DNA of 64,000 bases from Deltaproteobacteria bacterium (GTDB lineage Bacteria; Bdellovibrionota; Bdellovibrionia; Bdellovibrionales; Bdellovibrionaceae): NCBI GenBank assembly GCA_013286585.1, contig JABDFK010000001.1, positions 30,977 through 94,976 on the forward strand, given 5' to 3'. A program made the position numbers and the translations under genes. The notes under the pieces were generated by a model. It had not been told where the DNA came from, did not search any database, and saw nothing but the letters and a program-made list of their open reading frames with translations. Positions 1 through 13,536 of this stretch are shown one piece after another (within the stretch, counting starts at the first letter, position 1; the number at the start of each line of letters is the position of its first letter).

Positions 1-769
1 ACAGGAGATACAAAAAAGCATGGCACAAGTAGCGAGCGGCAGCCGCATCACTAAAGCCGCCGACGACGCTGCTGGTTTAGGAATCAGCGAGATGTTAAAG
101 TCGCAAATTCGCAGCTACGCACAAGCTAGCCGCAATGCCAACGACGGTATCTCTATGGTGCAAGTGGCAGAGGGCGGCCTGGGTGAAACTTCCAATATCC
201 TAACTCGTATGCGTGAACTAGCGATCCAAGCGTCATCTGACACCGTCGGTGACACTGAACGCGGATACATCAATAAAGAGGTCACACAGCTTCACGAAGA
301 GATTGAGCGAATTTCAAAAACGAATCGTTATGGGAAAACCAATCTCCTGGATGGCAGTGCTCAGAACTTTGACATCCAAGTCGGAGTCAACAACACACAA
401 AGCGAAGATCGGATCTCTTTTAAAGCCAGTGAATTGGACGCCACCACTGCAAATCTTGGAATCGCCGATTTGGATTTCTCGACCAAAGAAGGTGCTCAAG
501 GGGTGTTAATGACCCTCGATGCTGCACAAGAAAAGGTGAACTCCTACCGCGCGAACATCGGTGCACTTCAAAACCGATTGCAATCAGCAACAGACAATTT
601 GGGTGTACAACATGAGAACTTGTCAGCCGCTAACGCTCGAATCCGAGATTGCGACGTCGCACAGTCCTCTGCCGAACTGGCCCGTAACCAAGTGTTGTTG
701 CAGGCTTCAGTGTCGACAGCCGCACAAGCCAATGCACAACCCCAACTGGCAATGAAACTTTTGGGTTGA
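1..769 (+). CDS. fliC: Flagellin (FliC family), 5' end cut by window edge
   Basis: Frame is open from nt 2 (QEIQKS precedes the tracked Met). N-terminal flagellin signature 'SGSRITKAADDAAGLGISE...NANDGISMVQVAEGGL'. C-terminal 'ANIGALQNRLQSA...NLSAANARIRDCDVAQSSAELARNQVLLQAS'. Confidence 0.9.
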   Translation, partial: QEIQKSMAQVASGSRITKAADDAAGLGISEMLKSQIRSYAQASRNANDGISMVQVAEGGLGETSNILTRMRELAIQASSDTVGDTERGYINKEVTQLHEEIERISKTNRYGKTNLLDGSAQNFDIQVGVNNTQSEDRISFKASELDATTANLGIADLDFSTKEGAQGVLMTLDAAQEKVNSYRANIGALQNRLQSATDNLGVQHENLSAANARIRDCDVAQSSAELARNQVLLQASVSTAAQANAQPQLAMKLLG

Positions 770-854
770 GTTTATCAAATAATAAAACTCTTCCAATGGA
801 AGGAGCGGTCAGGATGATCGCTCTAGAGGATGGAAGGGACTATTTTAGCGAACA

Positions 855-2099
855 TCAATAGGCCCAGAATGGGCCTGTTCCTATTGGTGTTCCCGCCGAT
901 TCAAAACCGACATAAATTGTTCGGCCCAAAAAGAACGGCAAACCCCAATCAAACTCTCCAGTAAATGGTCCCGCCAGATTGTTGAAAACATTGTACGAGT
1001 TTGAACTGCTCAGTGCGATGTCCGCATTTTGGACAGCAAATTGAATGGTCTGCGAAGGCGTACCAGAAATTCCAGTTTGAGTCGCACTCAACACCGGCGG
1101 ATTTGCCGGACAGAAAAATCCCGGCAAATCGGCGCACACCGTAAGATTGCTGGGTGTCGGAAAGTACAACCCGTTAGAACCACTATCAATGAAGGCCGGG
1201 TATGTGGTTGAATTAAAAATCGTGAGAAAATCCCCGGTGGAAGTGCTGGCCGGAAATGTCACCACTCCCGTCGGCGGAACATTGTTCGCCTGTGTACCAA
1301 TGCCAAACACCAACCAACCCGTCACAGTTCCGGCACCCACGCCCGGAATCGCCGGAAGTTGAAGAATGACCCCGTTGTTGTCCACAGGAAATGCCGCCAC
1401 CGGATTTTTCAGCTGATAGCTGAGCGGAACAGCGATCGAAGTATTGCAACTGGAACTACCAGCGGCACAATGAAAATAAGTGCGATTATTCGCATGAGCG
1501 GAGCAGAGCGTACCGCAGTCGTACTGAAGTTGCCCGACTCCCAAAATGCCATTGAATCCAGAGCTCAAAGGATCGGTGTCCAGATCCTTGCAGTCACTGG
1601 GCGCCGATCCAAAGCTAGAGTCGATCGACTGAATGGGAATGTTTGAAGCCGTTTCTCCTCCCAAAATCACGTCCGCGCGCACCAGCGGCCCCCAATCCGA
1701 GCTGCCATCGGCATAGGACTGACACTCGGCCAACCCACTTCCGGAAGCATCCTTTTCTTGAGCCAGTCCCAGCGACGAGAGTGTTGAAGAAAACAGTCGC
1801 AGACCGTAACTGCCAGTGTCCAAAAGTACGTTGCCGATGCTGACGCAGGTACTGGTTCCAGGCTTACAAACAATCACCGTCACACAAGGTTCGTTCGCAT
1901 ATTGACAGCCAACGCTGATCGACAAAATATTGGCTTCATTCCCCACGATCGTGAGCCCCGGCGCATTCGCTGAAATGGAAACCTCGGGAATGACCTGCGA
2001 CAAGCCGGAGGAATTACTTTGACTGCAATTGTTAAAAAACAGAATTGATAGTGAAACCAACAATGCAGATAGCAAGCCCTTGCGATTTTTCGTCATCAT
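855..2099 (-). CDS. Secreted/possibly lipid-anchored protein with two pepsin-like D[TS]GS motifs (DUF3443-like, putative bilobed aspartic peptidase)
   Basis: ORF 855..2141; the likely start is MMTKNRK (about 2099), followed by a hydrophobic signal and Cys ('SILFFNNCSQ'). Motifs: 'VLLDTGSYGLRLF', 'FNGILGVGQ', 'AFIDSGSNGLYFP', C-terminal 'WGLPFFLGRTIYVGFE'. Confidence 0.6.
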   Translation of the reverse strand: MMTKNRKGLLSALLVSLSILFFNNCSQSNSSGLSQVIPEVSISANAPGLTIVGNEANILSISVGCQYANEPCVTVIVCKPGTSTCVSIGNVLLDTGSYGLRLFSSTLSSLGLAQEKDASGSGLAECQSYADGSSDWGPLVRADVILGGETASNIPIQSIDSSFGSAPSDCKDLDTDPLSSGFNGILGVGQLQYDCGTLCSAHANNRTYFHCAAGSSSCNTSIAVPLSYQLKNPVAAFPVDNNGVILQLPAIPGVGAGTVTGWLVFGIGTQANNVPPTGVVTFPASTSTGDFLTIFNSTTYPAFIDSGSNGLYFPTPSNLTVCADLPGFFCPANPPVLSATQTGISGTPSQTIQFAVQNADIALSSSNSYNVFNNLAGPFTGEFDWGLPFFLGRTIYVGFESAGTPIGTGPFWAY

Positions 2100-2176
2100 T
2101 CGCTCTTCGGTGGAATCCATTGTGTGCTGAACGGATCTCAAGTATAAACCAGTCAGTGGACTAGGAGAGAAAAACC

Positions 2177-3130
2177 ATGGCGCAAGAATCCAATTTCAAA
2201 AAGCCCTCGACCAATGAATTGAAAAAAATTCTGACTCCGCAGCAGTACTCCTGCACTCAAGAAGACGGCACCGAAGCACCTTTCAAAAATCCCTACTGGG
2301 ATCATCACGAAGAGGGTATCTATGTCGACGTCGTCAGCGGTGAGCCTCTGTTCAGTTCATTGGACAAATTTGACTCTGGCACGGGCTGGCCCAGCTTCAC
2401 CAGGCCCATCGAATCCCAAGTGGTCAAAGCCCGCGAGGATCACAACCTAGGAGTGCCGCGCACAGAGCTGCGCTCGAGGCTAGCCGACTCCCATCTGGGA
2501 CATGTTTTCGACGATGGTCCAGCCCCCGGTGGAAAAAGATTTTGCATCAACTCTGCGGCGCTGAAATTCATCCCTCTTTCACAAATGCATGAACTTGGAT
2601 ACGGACACCACCTCTTCACTTTCGCCGCCCAACGCCAATGGCAGATCGCCACACTAGCCGGAGGCTGTTTCTGGGGAATGGAAGATCTACTACGAAAAAT
2701 TCCAGGCGTCCTCGAAGTGCAAGTGGGCTACACCGGCGGCCGAGTGGCACACGCCAAATACGAAGACGTAAAAACCGGCCACACGGGTCACGCCGAAAGC
2801 GTGCAAATTCTGTTCGATCCCAAAAAATTAAAATACGAAGATATTTTACTGCAGTTTTTCAAATTGCACGACCCCACCACGGAAAACCGCCAAGGCAATG
2901 ACATCGGCACTCAATATCGCTCGGTGATTTTTTTTGCCAACGAAGAACAAAAAAAGACGGCTGAAAAAATAAAAAAACGAGTGGATGACTCTGGAAAATG
3001 GGGAAAGCCTGTGATCACGCAGATCGTGCCCGCCACTGACTTCTGGCGCGCCGAAGAAGATCATCAGGATTACCTAGAAAAAAATCCTGGTGGTTACACC
3101 TGTCATTTCATTCGTAAAATCGATTTTTAA
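2177..3130 (+). CDS. Bifunctional peptide-methionine sulfoxide reductase, MsrB domain then MsrA domain
   Basis: N-terminal half is SelR/MsrB ('[10 protein letters not shown]', 'RFCINSAAL'). C-terminal half is MsrA ('[14 protein letters not shown]', '[12 protein letters not shown]', '[11 protein letters not shown]'). Confidence 0.9.
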   Translation: MAQESNFKKPSTNELKKILTPQQYSCTQEDGTEAPFKNPYWDHHEEGIYVDVVSGEPLFSSLDKFDSGTGWPSFTRPIESQVVKAREDHNLGVPRTELRSRLADSHLGHVFDDGPAPGGKRFCINSAALKFIPLSQMHELGYGHHLFTFAAQRQWQIATLAGGCFWGMEDLLRKIPGVLEVQVGYTGGRVAHAKYEDVKTGHTGHAESVQILFDPKKLKYEDILLQFFKLHDPTTENRQGNDIGTQYRSVIFFANEEQKKTAEKIKKRVDDSGKWGKPVITQIVPATDFWRAEEDHQDYLEKNPGGYTCHFIRKIDF

Positions 3131-3618
3131 TTCAACTGCAACTCAGTGATGAAAATTTCTTTGAGTTTTCCGCTGGTCAACTGGGCATTAATATCATCGC
3201 GCAGCTTGGCCTTAAACTTTTCTTTGCCCTCAGCACTAGACAGATCGTCGGCTGTCGCACTGCCCACGCTAATAATGATGATGTCGCGAATTTTAGGTTT
3301 CAGTGCATCGAGCTCTTTTAATATTTGATCACCTTCACAGAGGGCTTCCAAACTTATGCGCGCTTCGCGGCGTCCGTCATCCCCAGCCAGATTGGTGACC
3401 AGACTTTCAAACTTCACCACTTTCCGAGTGAAGGAATCGTCGCTGGGCACGACCTCTTTCGACGCAGCCACTGGATGAGCCAAAGCTTCCGCCGCCGCCT
3501 TAGCTTTCTTTGCTTCTTCGTCCGCTTTGTGTTGCCGATAAAAATAAATGCCAAAGATCGACACGGCAATCATGTTGATCACCAAGACGGCGATAAGAAT
3601 GATGCTATTTCTGTTCAT
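3127..3618 (-). CDS. fliL: Flagellar basal-body-associated protein FliL
   Basis: Single N-terminal TM ('[21 protein letters not shown]'), then a FliL-type C-terminus ('[24 protein letters not shown]...[15 protein letters not shown]...[10 protein letters not shown]'). ORF extends to 3651; Met at 3618 is preferred. Its stop overlaps the msr stop (TTAA). Confidence 0.75.
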   Translation of the reverse strand: MNRNSIILIAVLVINMIAVSIFGIYFYRQHKADEEAKKAKAAAEALAHPVAASKEVVPSDDSFTRKVVKFESLVTNLAGDDGRREARISLEALCEGDQILKELDALKPKIRDIIIISVGSATADDLSSAEGKEKFKAKLRDDINAQLTSGKLKEIFITELQLN

Positions 3619-3711
3619 CTCATCCCGTCTTCTGCCATGACCTTGGTCCATTCCTCGGTAAAATTGAAAAAATCACTCCATCATCTTTACAGGTAAGTCC
3701 AAAATGAGCAA

Positions 3712-4296
3712 ATGGTTGAAAAGATATTTGGACTCGTATTTCTGGTCGCCGCCCTGTTTTTCGCCTGGAAATTCACATCAATGCCCAGCTCAACCCCCGC
3801 CAACAAGAAAAAATCAGCAGCTAGTTCCGCGCTGGCGCCTCCAAAAACTTCCACCAACACCATCACCGGCGAAGAAAATGAGGATCCCGACAGCCAGATC
3901 GTGGCCAATATAAAAAATTTATTGGACGATCAAGTGGAGCTTGTCGGCCTCAGCGAAAATATTCAAAGGATCAGTTTCAAAACCCATTTGAATAGCAAAA
4001 AACTGAACTCCAGCATTGCTCAATCGCTCAATAAAATCGCCAGCCAGTCGACCAACGCTCCTTACATGCTCGAGGCCGAGGTCTTCGACACAACGGGCCC
4101 CCAAGATCAGAGATCACGGAAATCTCTTCCAGATCCCATAGTTTTCCAATTCAGTGTGTATGATGTAAAAACCCAGAACAAAGTGGGAGAGTTCGGCGCC
4201 TCTTACCATCTGGACATCGTTGCGCCAGAATTGGCCGAACTGATTTTGGACAAAAAAAAACCCGATGAAACTCACGCTTCATCGGGTTCAAAATAG
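3712..4296 (+). CDS. Hypothetical membrane-anchored protein
   Basis: 194-aa ORF with an N-terminal TM ('IFGLVFLVAALFFAW'); no family recognised. The last ~15 codons read through the rRNA-operon terminator hairpin, and the stop lies 1 nt from the 5S 3' end. Confidence 0.5.
   Translation: MVEKIFGLVFLVAALFFAWKFTSMPSSTPANKKKSAASSALAPPKTSTNTITGEENEDPDSQIVANIKNLLDDQVELVGLSENIQRISFKTHLNSKKLNSSIAQSLNKIASQSTNAPYMLEAEVFDTTGPQDQRSRKSLPDPIVFQFSVYDVKTQNKVGEFGASYHLDIVAPELAELILDKKKPDETHASSGSK
4252..4286 (-). terminator. Intrinsic terminator of the rRNA operon
   Basis: On the minus strand: 'CCCGATGAAGCGTGAGTTTCATCGGG' (9-bp stem) followed by T9, 12 nt downstream of the 5S 3' end. Confidence 0.85.
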
Positions 4297-4297
4297 A

Positions 4298-4413
4298 GCT
4301 GGCATCGTGCTACTCTCTCACACGGTTTCCCGTGCAATACCATCGCCGCAGGCGGGCTTAACTGCTGAGTTCGGAATGGGATCAGGTGTGGCCCCGCCGC
4401 TAAAAACGCCAGC
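4298..4413 (-). rRNA. rrf: 5S ribosomal RNA
   Basis: Reverse complement reads 'GCTGGCGTTTTTAGCGGCGGGGCCACACCTGATCCCATTCCGAACTCAGCAGTTAAGCCCGCC...GAGAGTAGCACGATGCCAGC', a typical 5S sequence with paired ends. Confidence 0.9.
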
Positions 4414-4664
4414 AAATCTTTAATTAATCAAAACTTAATTAATAAAATAAATGCCGTCTGCTCTAGCAAACGTTTTTCTGAGTCATGAAATACAACAAAC
4501 GTACAACAATCACAACTCAGATTTATGCTTTCTGAAAACTGAACAATTGATTTAAATGATTTTTAGCAGGAGTTAACTCCATCATTGATTTTACTTTGAT
4601 CATCGGAACTTGCTGCTTACGCTGTTGCCAGCGACATTGCAAATTCCTTTGTCCGAATGAAAAT

Positions 4665-7610
<2,946 letters not shown>

Positions 7611-7659
7611 TTAAAATGGAGTTAACCTCGCTAAAAATCACTTAAATCAATCTATTCAA

Positions 7660-7672
7660 TTTTCAAAGAGCA
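7660..7672 (-). promoter_or_regulatory. boxA-like antitermination element in the 16S-23S spacer
   Basis: Minus strand reads 'TGCTCTTTGAAAA', close to the E. coli boxA 'TGCTCTTTAACAA'. Confidence 0.45.
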
Positions 7673-7715
7673 AAAACTAAAACTAAAAATCGCAAACCAG
7701 AGTTCTTGTAAAGCT

Positions 7716-7792
<77 letters not shown>

Positions 7793-7952
7793 CTCGATAG
7801 CGCACCAAACCTGGTTCGCTCTTTCAAAACTAAATAGCTAGATTGATTTTTGGGCACTTTATACGTTGAGGATTTGTACAAATCTTCTCAACGCCTGACC
7901 TAGGAATGTTCATTTTAAGTGAATCAGTGAAGATCCACGAAATTTGAAATTC

Positions 7953-9476
<1,524 letters not shown>

Positions 9477-9647
9477 TTCTGTCCCATCAACGCTAAGCTT
9501 ATTTACTTATTTCTAAGTTTGTTCACTTAGAATCATTGATTGGTTTGTTTAAAAAGAAATTGCTTTCGGACACTCTGTTTTCCTTCTTGCGAATTCCATC
9601 CAGAGTATCACAAGAGCCCAAAAATCAATTTTAATCTAGCTATTCAG

Positions 9648-9659
9648 TTTTCAAAGAGC
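9648..9659 (-). promoter_or_regulatory. boxA-like element in the 16S leader
   Basis: Minus strand reads 'GCTCTTTGAAAA'. It lies within the leader half (9616-9659) of the 16S processing stem, which is complementary to 7818-7856. Confidence 0.4.
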
Positions 9660-9679
9660 GATTTCAAACGAGAGAGCAA

Positions 9680-9708
9680 GGTTTAATGCTTGCGGTATCT
9701 CCCGTCAA
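9680..9708 (-). promoter_or_regulatory. Candidate sigma70 promoter for 16S, lying between tRNA-Ala and 16S
   Basis: Minus strand: -35 'TTGACG' (9708-9703), 17-nt spacer, -10 'TAAACC' (9685-9680), preceded by an A-rich UP-like tract. Read by eye only. Confidence 0.3.
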
Positions 9709-9780
9709 CACCTTTTTTTCGTTTTTTTTCGAATTTTTTAGGTTCGAAAAATCACTCATTTAGCGCCGCACGACTGCGTT

Positions 9781-9856
<76 letters not shown>

Positions 9857-10013
9857 GCTGCGCTAAATTCTAAAGTGGAGTGCTTTTCTACTATGGGGGA
9901 ACGTAGGTCAATACATTTTTGTAAAAATAGTTTTTTTGCTGAGAAAGTGTGCAGTCAAGCAAAGGCGAAGCTTTTGCTTTAGAGATCTTGATAGGAAGAT
10001 AAGCTATTGATTC

Positions 10014-10544
10014 TTAAGCGGAAGCTTTTGTTTTTGAAGGCATTAGGCGGCCCAACCAGCGGCGTTCGAACTGAAGCTCGAAACCGGCGGCTTCCCCACC
10101 TTGAATAATGGCGGCGTAGACTCTTTTGAGCACGTCGATTTCATATTCGGTGATGTCGTCGGAAGAAAGTCCTTCCTCGATGGCGGCAAACACGCTGACC
10201 AAATCTGGAGTCGTTACTACACGCGGAATTTTGCTCATATCAAGACCGTAAGTGTCTCGAGGCTTAAATCCCACGAGCGTATCTGTGAATAAAACTTTGT
10301 GTCCATTCACAAAATTAATTTGAATAAAATTTTTCCCGTCAGAGTCAGCTCTTTGCAATACTTCAGAGAGATCATTGGTTGAAAAATTAAAAACTTTCCC
10401 GTCCACAGACTGATGAATAGAAACTTTTTCGGTGCTCTTCTCTGCACGATCCACGTTGGATTTGAGTCCACTGGATTTGTCGACGAAAGAGAGAATCTCC
10501 TCGAGGAGCAGAGTTGGTTTTGGTGCTTTTTCTGACTCGCTCAA
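10014..10544 (-). CDS. Hypothetical protein (176 aa), TTG start
   Basis: ORF starts at TTG, with 'GGAGG' a few nt upstream. No signal peptide and no family recognised. Confidence 0.55.
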   Translation of the reverse strand: MSESEKAPKPTLLLEEILSFVDKSSGLKSNVDRAEKSTEKVSIHQSVDGKVFNFSTNDLSEVLQRADSDGKNFIQINFVNGHKVLFTDTLVGFKPRDTYGLDMSKIPRVVTTPDLVSVFAAIEEGLSSDDITEYEIDVLKRVYAAIIQGGEAAGFELQFERRWLGRLMPSKTKASA

Positions 10545-10670
10545 GGTGCCTCCGATCAGTCAGCGATTGTGTGGACAAGTCAGCGTACACAACAATATCG
10601 TCGGTTATTTGACGGGACTTAACGCCCCGGTAACAAATAAGTCAGTTCCGGTCTTGCCTCTAGGAACAAT

Positions 10671-10699
10671 GATTTAGAGTGAGACAACGACTGTATCAA
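10671..10699 (-). promoter_or_regulatory. Candidate sigma70 promoter for the 10014..10544 gene
   Basis: Minus strand: -35 'TTGATA' (10699-10694), 17-nt spacer, -10 'TAAATC' (10676-10671). It lies between repeat copy 1 and the gene. Confidence 0.3.
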
Positions 10700-10721
10700 A
10701 CTTCGACAATCCCCTTGTAAA

Positions 10722-10871
10722 CGTGGGTCAATGAAGAGGTGGGGTATTTTAATTCCGGGGCCCACCCCTCCGTGGGTTCACCTGAATTTTTCACTGGGTA
10801 CAGTGAAAAAACGCGTCACGCTTTCAGGAGCGCCCTCCATTAAAACACCCCACCTCTTCATTGACCCAGTT
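10722..10871 (-). repeat. Structured repeat element, copy 1 (sense strand inferred from G-T wobble bias)
   Basis: Outer stem of 22 perfect bp ('TGGGTCAATGAAGAGGTGGGGT'/'ACCCCACCTCTTCATTGACCCA') that continues with one A-C mismatch. Conserved core 'GGGGCCCACCCCTCCGTGGGTTCACCTGAA', central hairpin 'TTTTTCACTG-GGTA-CAGTGAAAAA', then 'ACGCGTCACGCTTTCAGGAGCGCCC'. Confidence 0.8.
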
Positions 10872-10962
10872 GTGAGCAGGACAATTGCCGAAAAATGAAT
10901 GGTAGTTCCGTGCTCAGCACGCAAAGAACATCAGTCCTAAAAATCATTGCGGACACTTCGTG

Positions 10963-11115
10963 AACTGGGTTCTTTGGAGGGTGTGGTGCTTGGGTGGAGG
11001 GCGCTCCTGAAAGCGTGACGCGTTTTGTTTGACTGTACTCAGTCGAACAAATTCAGGTGAACCCAGGATGGGTGGGCCCCGTAACCCAAGCACCATACCC
11101 TCCAAAGAACCCACG
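10963..11115 (+). repeat. Structured repeat element, copy 2 (inverted relative to copy 1)
   Basis: Same core in reverse complement ('GGAGGGCGCTCCTGAAAGCGTGACGCGTTTT...AAATTCAGGTGAACCCAGGATGGGTGGGCCCCG'). Different 29-bp outer stem ('GGGTTCTTTGGAGGGTGTGGTGCTTGGGT'/'ACCCAAGCACCATACCCTCCAAAGAACCC') with one G-T pair. Confidence 0.8.
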
Positions 11116-11195
11116 GTTACAAGAAGAGTCCAGCATTGACTTTTAGAACAGATGATTTCACAACTGTGGGAGAGAAAGTTTTTTGAGGTTCGACG

Positions 11196-11501
11196 ATGCT
11201 GATTTCAAGATGGCAAGCCCCTACAATTCCTAGTCGCGATCAAATCATGATGCTTTTGGATCAGGAAGGTCTTGAGGGCATTGAGGAGCGCTTTGTTAGC
11301 GGCAATAAAATCGGTGAACATCGTCATCCTTTCACTGAGGTGCGGATTTTAATCGAGGGCGAGATGCTCTTTAATGTGAGTGGCAATCAGTTTTTGATTC
11401 GAGCTGGGGATCGTCTAGAAATTCCTGCCAATACGAAGCACTGGTTTCAGGCGCATGGTGAGGCCGATTGCCTCTGCGTTTACGCACAACGAGTGGTCTA
11501 G
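11196..11501 (+). CDS. Cupin-domain protein (101 aa)
   Basis: 'GEHRHPFTEVRILIEGEMLFNVSGNQFLIRAGDRLEIPANTKHWFQA' matches the two-motif cupin pattern (HxH...E / ...H). Confidence 0.75.
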   Translation: MLISRWQAPTIPSRDQIMMLLDQEGLEGIEERFVSGNKIGEHRHPFTEVRILIEGEMLFNVSGNQFLIRAGDRLEIPANTKHWFQAHGEADCLCVYAQRVV

Positions 11502-11534
11502 GTACCACTCAGAAAACTGCTGCCCTGTAGGGCA

Positions 11535-12827
11535 TCAACTTTCTGAGGTGCGTTTCAGCCATGCGACGAATTCTTTGATTTGTTTTTCAAAACCTATTTC
11601 GTCGGGCTCGTAGAGTGGTTCTTTGAGATCAATGGAATCTGGTAGGTATTTTTGTTCCACCCAGTGCCTGGGATAGTTGTGGGCGTATTTGTAGCCCTCC
11701 CCGTAGCCCAATTTTTTCATTTCGCTGGTTTTGGCCGAACGTAGTTTCAGTGGCACTGGTGCTGAGCCCGTGGTCTCGACCAAGGCTTGCGCCTTTTGTA
11801 AAGCCAAATAACTGCGATTGGATTTGGGTGCGCTGGCCAAGTAGGTGGTGACCTGCGCCAGATTGATGGCGGCTTCGGGCAGTCCCACTAGCTCTACTGC
11901 TTGAGCGCCAGCAACCGCCACCTGCAATGCTCTTGGGTCCGCGTTGCCGACGTCTTCAGAGGCCGATATCACCAACCGCCGGGCAATGAAACTAACGTCT
12001 TCGCCGCCCTTGAGGAGCCGAGCTAAATAGTAAAGTGCCGCATCGGCATCACTACCGCGAATGGATTTGATCAGCGCCGACGCCAGATCATAGTGAGAGT
12101 CTGAGGCTTTGTCGTGACCGATCACCATGCGCCCCAAAATGCCTCTCACCTCTTCTGAGGAAATAGCTTTTCGCTCGGAAATTCGTTCGGCGAAACTCAT
12201 TGAAATTTCTTCGACGGCGGTCAGTAATTTTCGAGCGTCGCCATCGGACCAATTCACCAAAGCTTCTAAAGTTTCCTGAGAAAAAGCATCTTTGCACAAA
12301 GTTCGTTGCACCAGAATTTTTCCGTCCGCCACCGAGAGCGATTCAAAAACGATCAGACGACAGCGGCTAAGAATGGCTTTGTTCAATTCATAACTGGGAT
12401 TTTCTGTCGTGGCGCCGATGAGAGTGAGATCCCCTTTTTCAATGTACGGAAGCAAAACATCTTGCTGGCCCTTGTTGAAGCGATGGACCTCATCGACGAA
12501 CAAAATAGTGCGTGTGTGATTTTCCAGTCGCCGAGATTTGGCCTCTTCGCCAATCTGGCGCAGCTCTTTGGCACCAGAACTAGTGGCATTGACAGAGACC
12601 AAGTGTGAGCTGAAAGCCCGGCCCAGGGCTCCTGCCGCGGAGGTCTTTCCAGTGCCCGGAGGTCCCCAGAATATTAAATTGGGCAAATAATTGGATTTCA
12701 AATAGCTGGAAAGCTGTTCGCGGACTTTCTCTTGGCCGACGAAATCGTCCAGCTCTTTCGGTCGCATTTTTTCCGCAAGAGGTGTGCCTGGCAATGATTC
12801 TAGAGGAACTGAGTCGAAGAGATCCAT
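11535..12827 (-). CDS. rarA: Replication-associated recombination protein A (AAA+ ATPase RarA/MgsA)
   Basis: '[18 protein letters not shown]', Walker A 'GPPGTGKTS', '[16 protein letters not shown]', C-terminal MgsA domain '[28 protein letters not shown]'. Confidence 0.9.
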   Translation of the reverse strand: MDLFDSVPLESLPGTPLAEKMRPKELDDFVGQEKVREQLSSYLKSNYLPNLIFWGPPGTGKTSAAGALGRAFSSHLVSVNATSSGAKELRQIGEEAKSRRLENHTRTILFVDEVHRFNKGQQDVLLPYIEKGDLTLIGATTENPSYELNKAILSRCRLIVFESLSVADGKILVQRTLCKDAFSQETLEALVNWSDGDARKLLTAVEEISMSFAERISERKAISSEEVRGILGRMVIGHDKASDSHYDLASALIKSIRGSDADAALYYLARLLKGGEDVSFIARRLVISASEDVGNADPRALQVAVAGAQAVELVGLPEAAINLAQVTTYLASAPKSNRSYLALQKAQALVETTGSAPVPLKLRSAKTSEMKKLGYGEGYKYAHNYPRHWVEQKYLPDSIDLKEPLYEPDEIGFEKQIKEFVAWLKRTSES

Positions 12828-12872
12828 CGATCCGGGAAGCTAAGAGTTCTGCTTCCCGGTGTCAATACGTCG

Positions 12873-13499
12873 TTAGTTACCCTGATAGAAAAACGTCATC
12901 GTTTCGTACTTCACGATGGAGGTCAAATTGCCGCCTCCGCTGGGATAAGTGGCGTAAATCTCTACCTGAATGGCACCCGAACTGCTTTGTTTAGGATTGG
13001 TCATTGTGATGCCACCGCACTTGAACGGACAGCTAGAGACTGTCGCCGCTACGTCGCAAGTGGGAACATTCGGCGACGACGCTGTGATCGTCACATCCTG
13101 AGGTGCCACCACTGCTGGCCCGCAAACTTGCAAACCTGTGGTGGGATCCAGCACGTTCCATCTCTGCACCCATGCATTTAGAAGATCCGTACTGGCAATC
13201 ATGCAGGAAAAAGGCTGGCCGCCATTGATGGCAGGAGTCGTTGCGGAAAACTGAATCCACTGAATCGTCAGTGGAGGAGTCTTTGTCCAGGCCACCGACA
13301 TATTCTGTAGCGAAAAATAGACTCCGGCCACCGCTGTGTCGGGAGTGCCAGAGTTGATGCCCGCGCAGGAAGAACTAGAGGCATTGATCATGGTCACTTG
13401 ATTGGCACCCAAGGTGATCGTCAACCCTGTGCTATCGCTGGTTGCACTACAGGTCAAAATGCACGGAAGGCAAAGGAGCATCCAGAGTGTTTTGTTCAT
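12873..13499 (-). CDS. Secreted protein / possible lipoprotein downstream of pilQ
   Basis: ORF 12873..13544; preferred start MNKTLW (13499) with signal 'LWMLLCLPCILTCSATS'. Cys- and Thr/Ser-rich; no family recognised. Confidence 0.55.
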   Translation of the reverse strand: MNKTLWMLLCLPCILTCSATSDSTGLTITLGANQVTMINASSSSCAGINSGTPDTAVAGVYFSLQNMSVAWTKTPPLTIQWIQFSATTPAINGGQPFSCMIASTDLLNAWVQRWNVLDPTTGLQVCGPAVVAPQDVTITASSPNVPTCDVAATVSSCPFKCGGITMTNPKQSSSGAIQVEIYATYPSGGGNLTSIVKYETMTFFYQGN

Positions 13500-13536
13500 A
13501 GTGTATTTTAACTCCTTTTTGCCAAAAAAGCCCAAC

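Noticed and set aside
11508-11547. Compound hairpin ('CTCAGAAA...TGCCC-TGTA-GGGCA...TTTCTGAG') between the convergent cupin and rarA genes, considered as a bidirectional terminator.
   Set aside because: The structure is plausible, but there is no U-tract on either strand and it overlaps the rarA stop. It is too weak to annotate as a terminator without scoring software.
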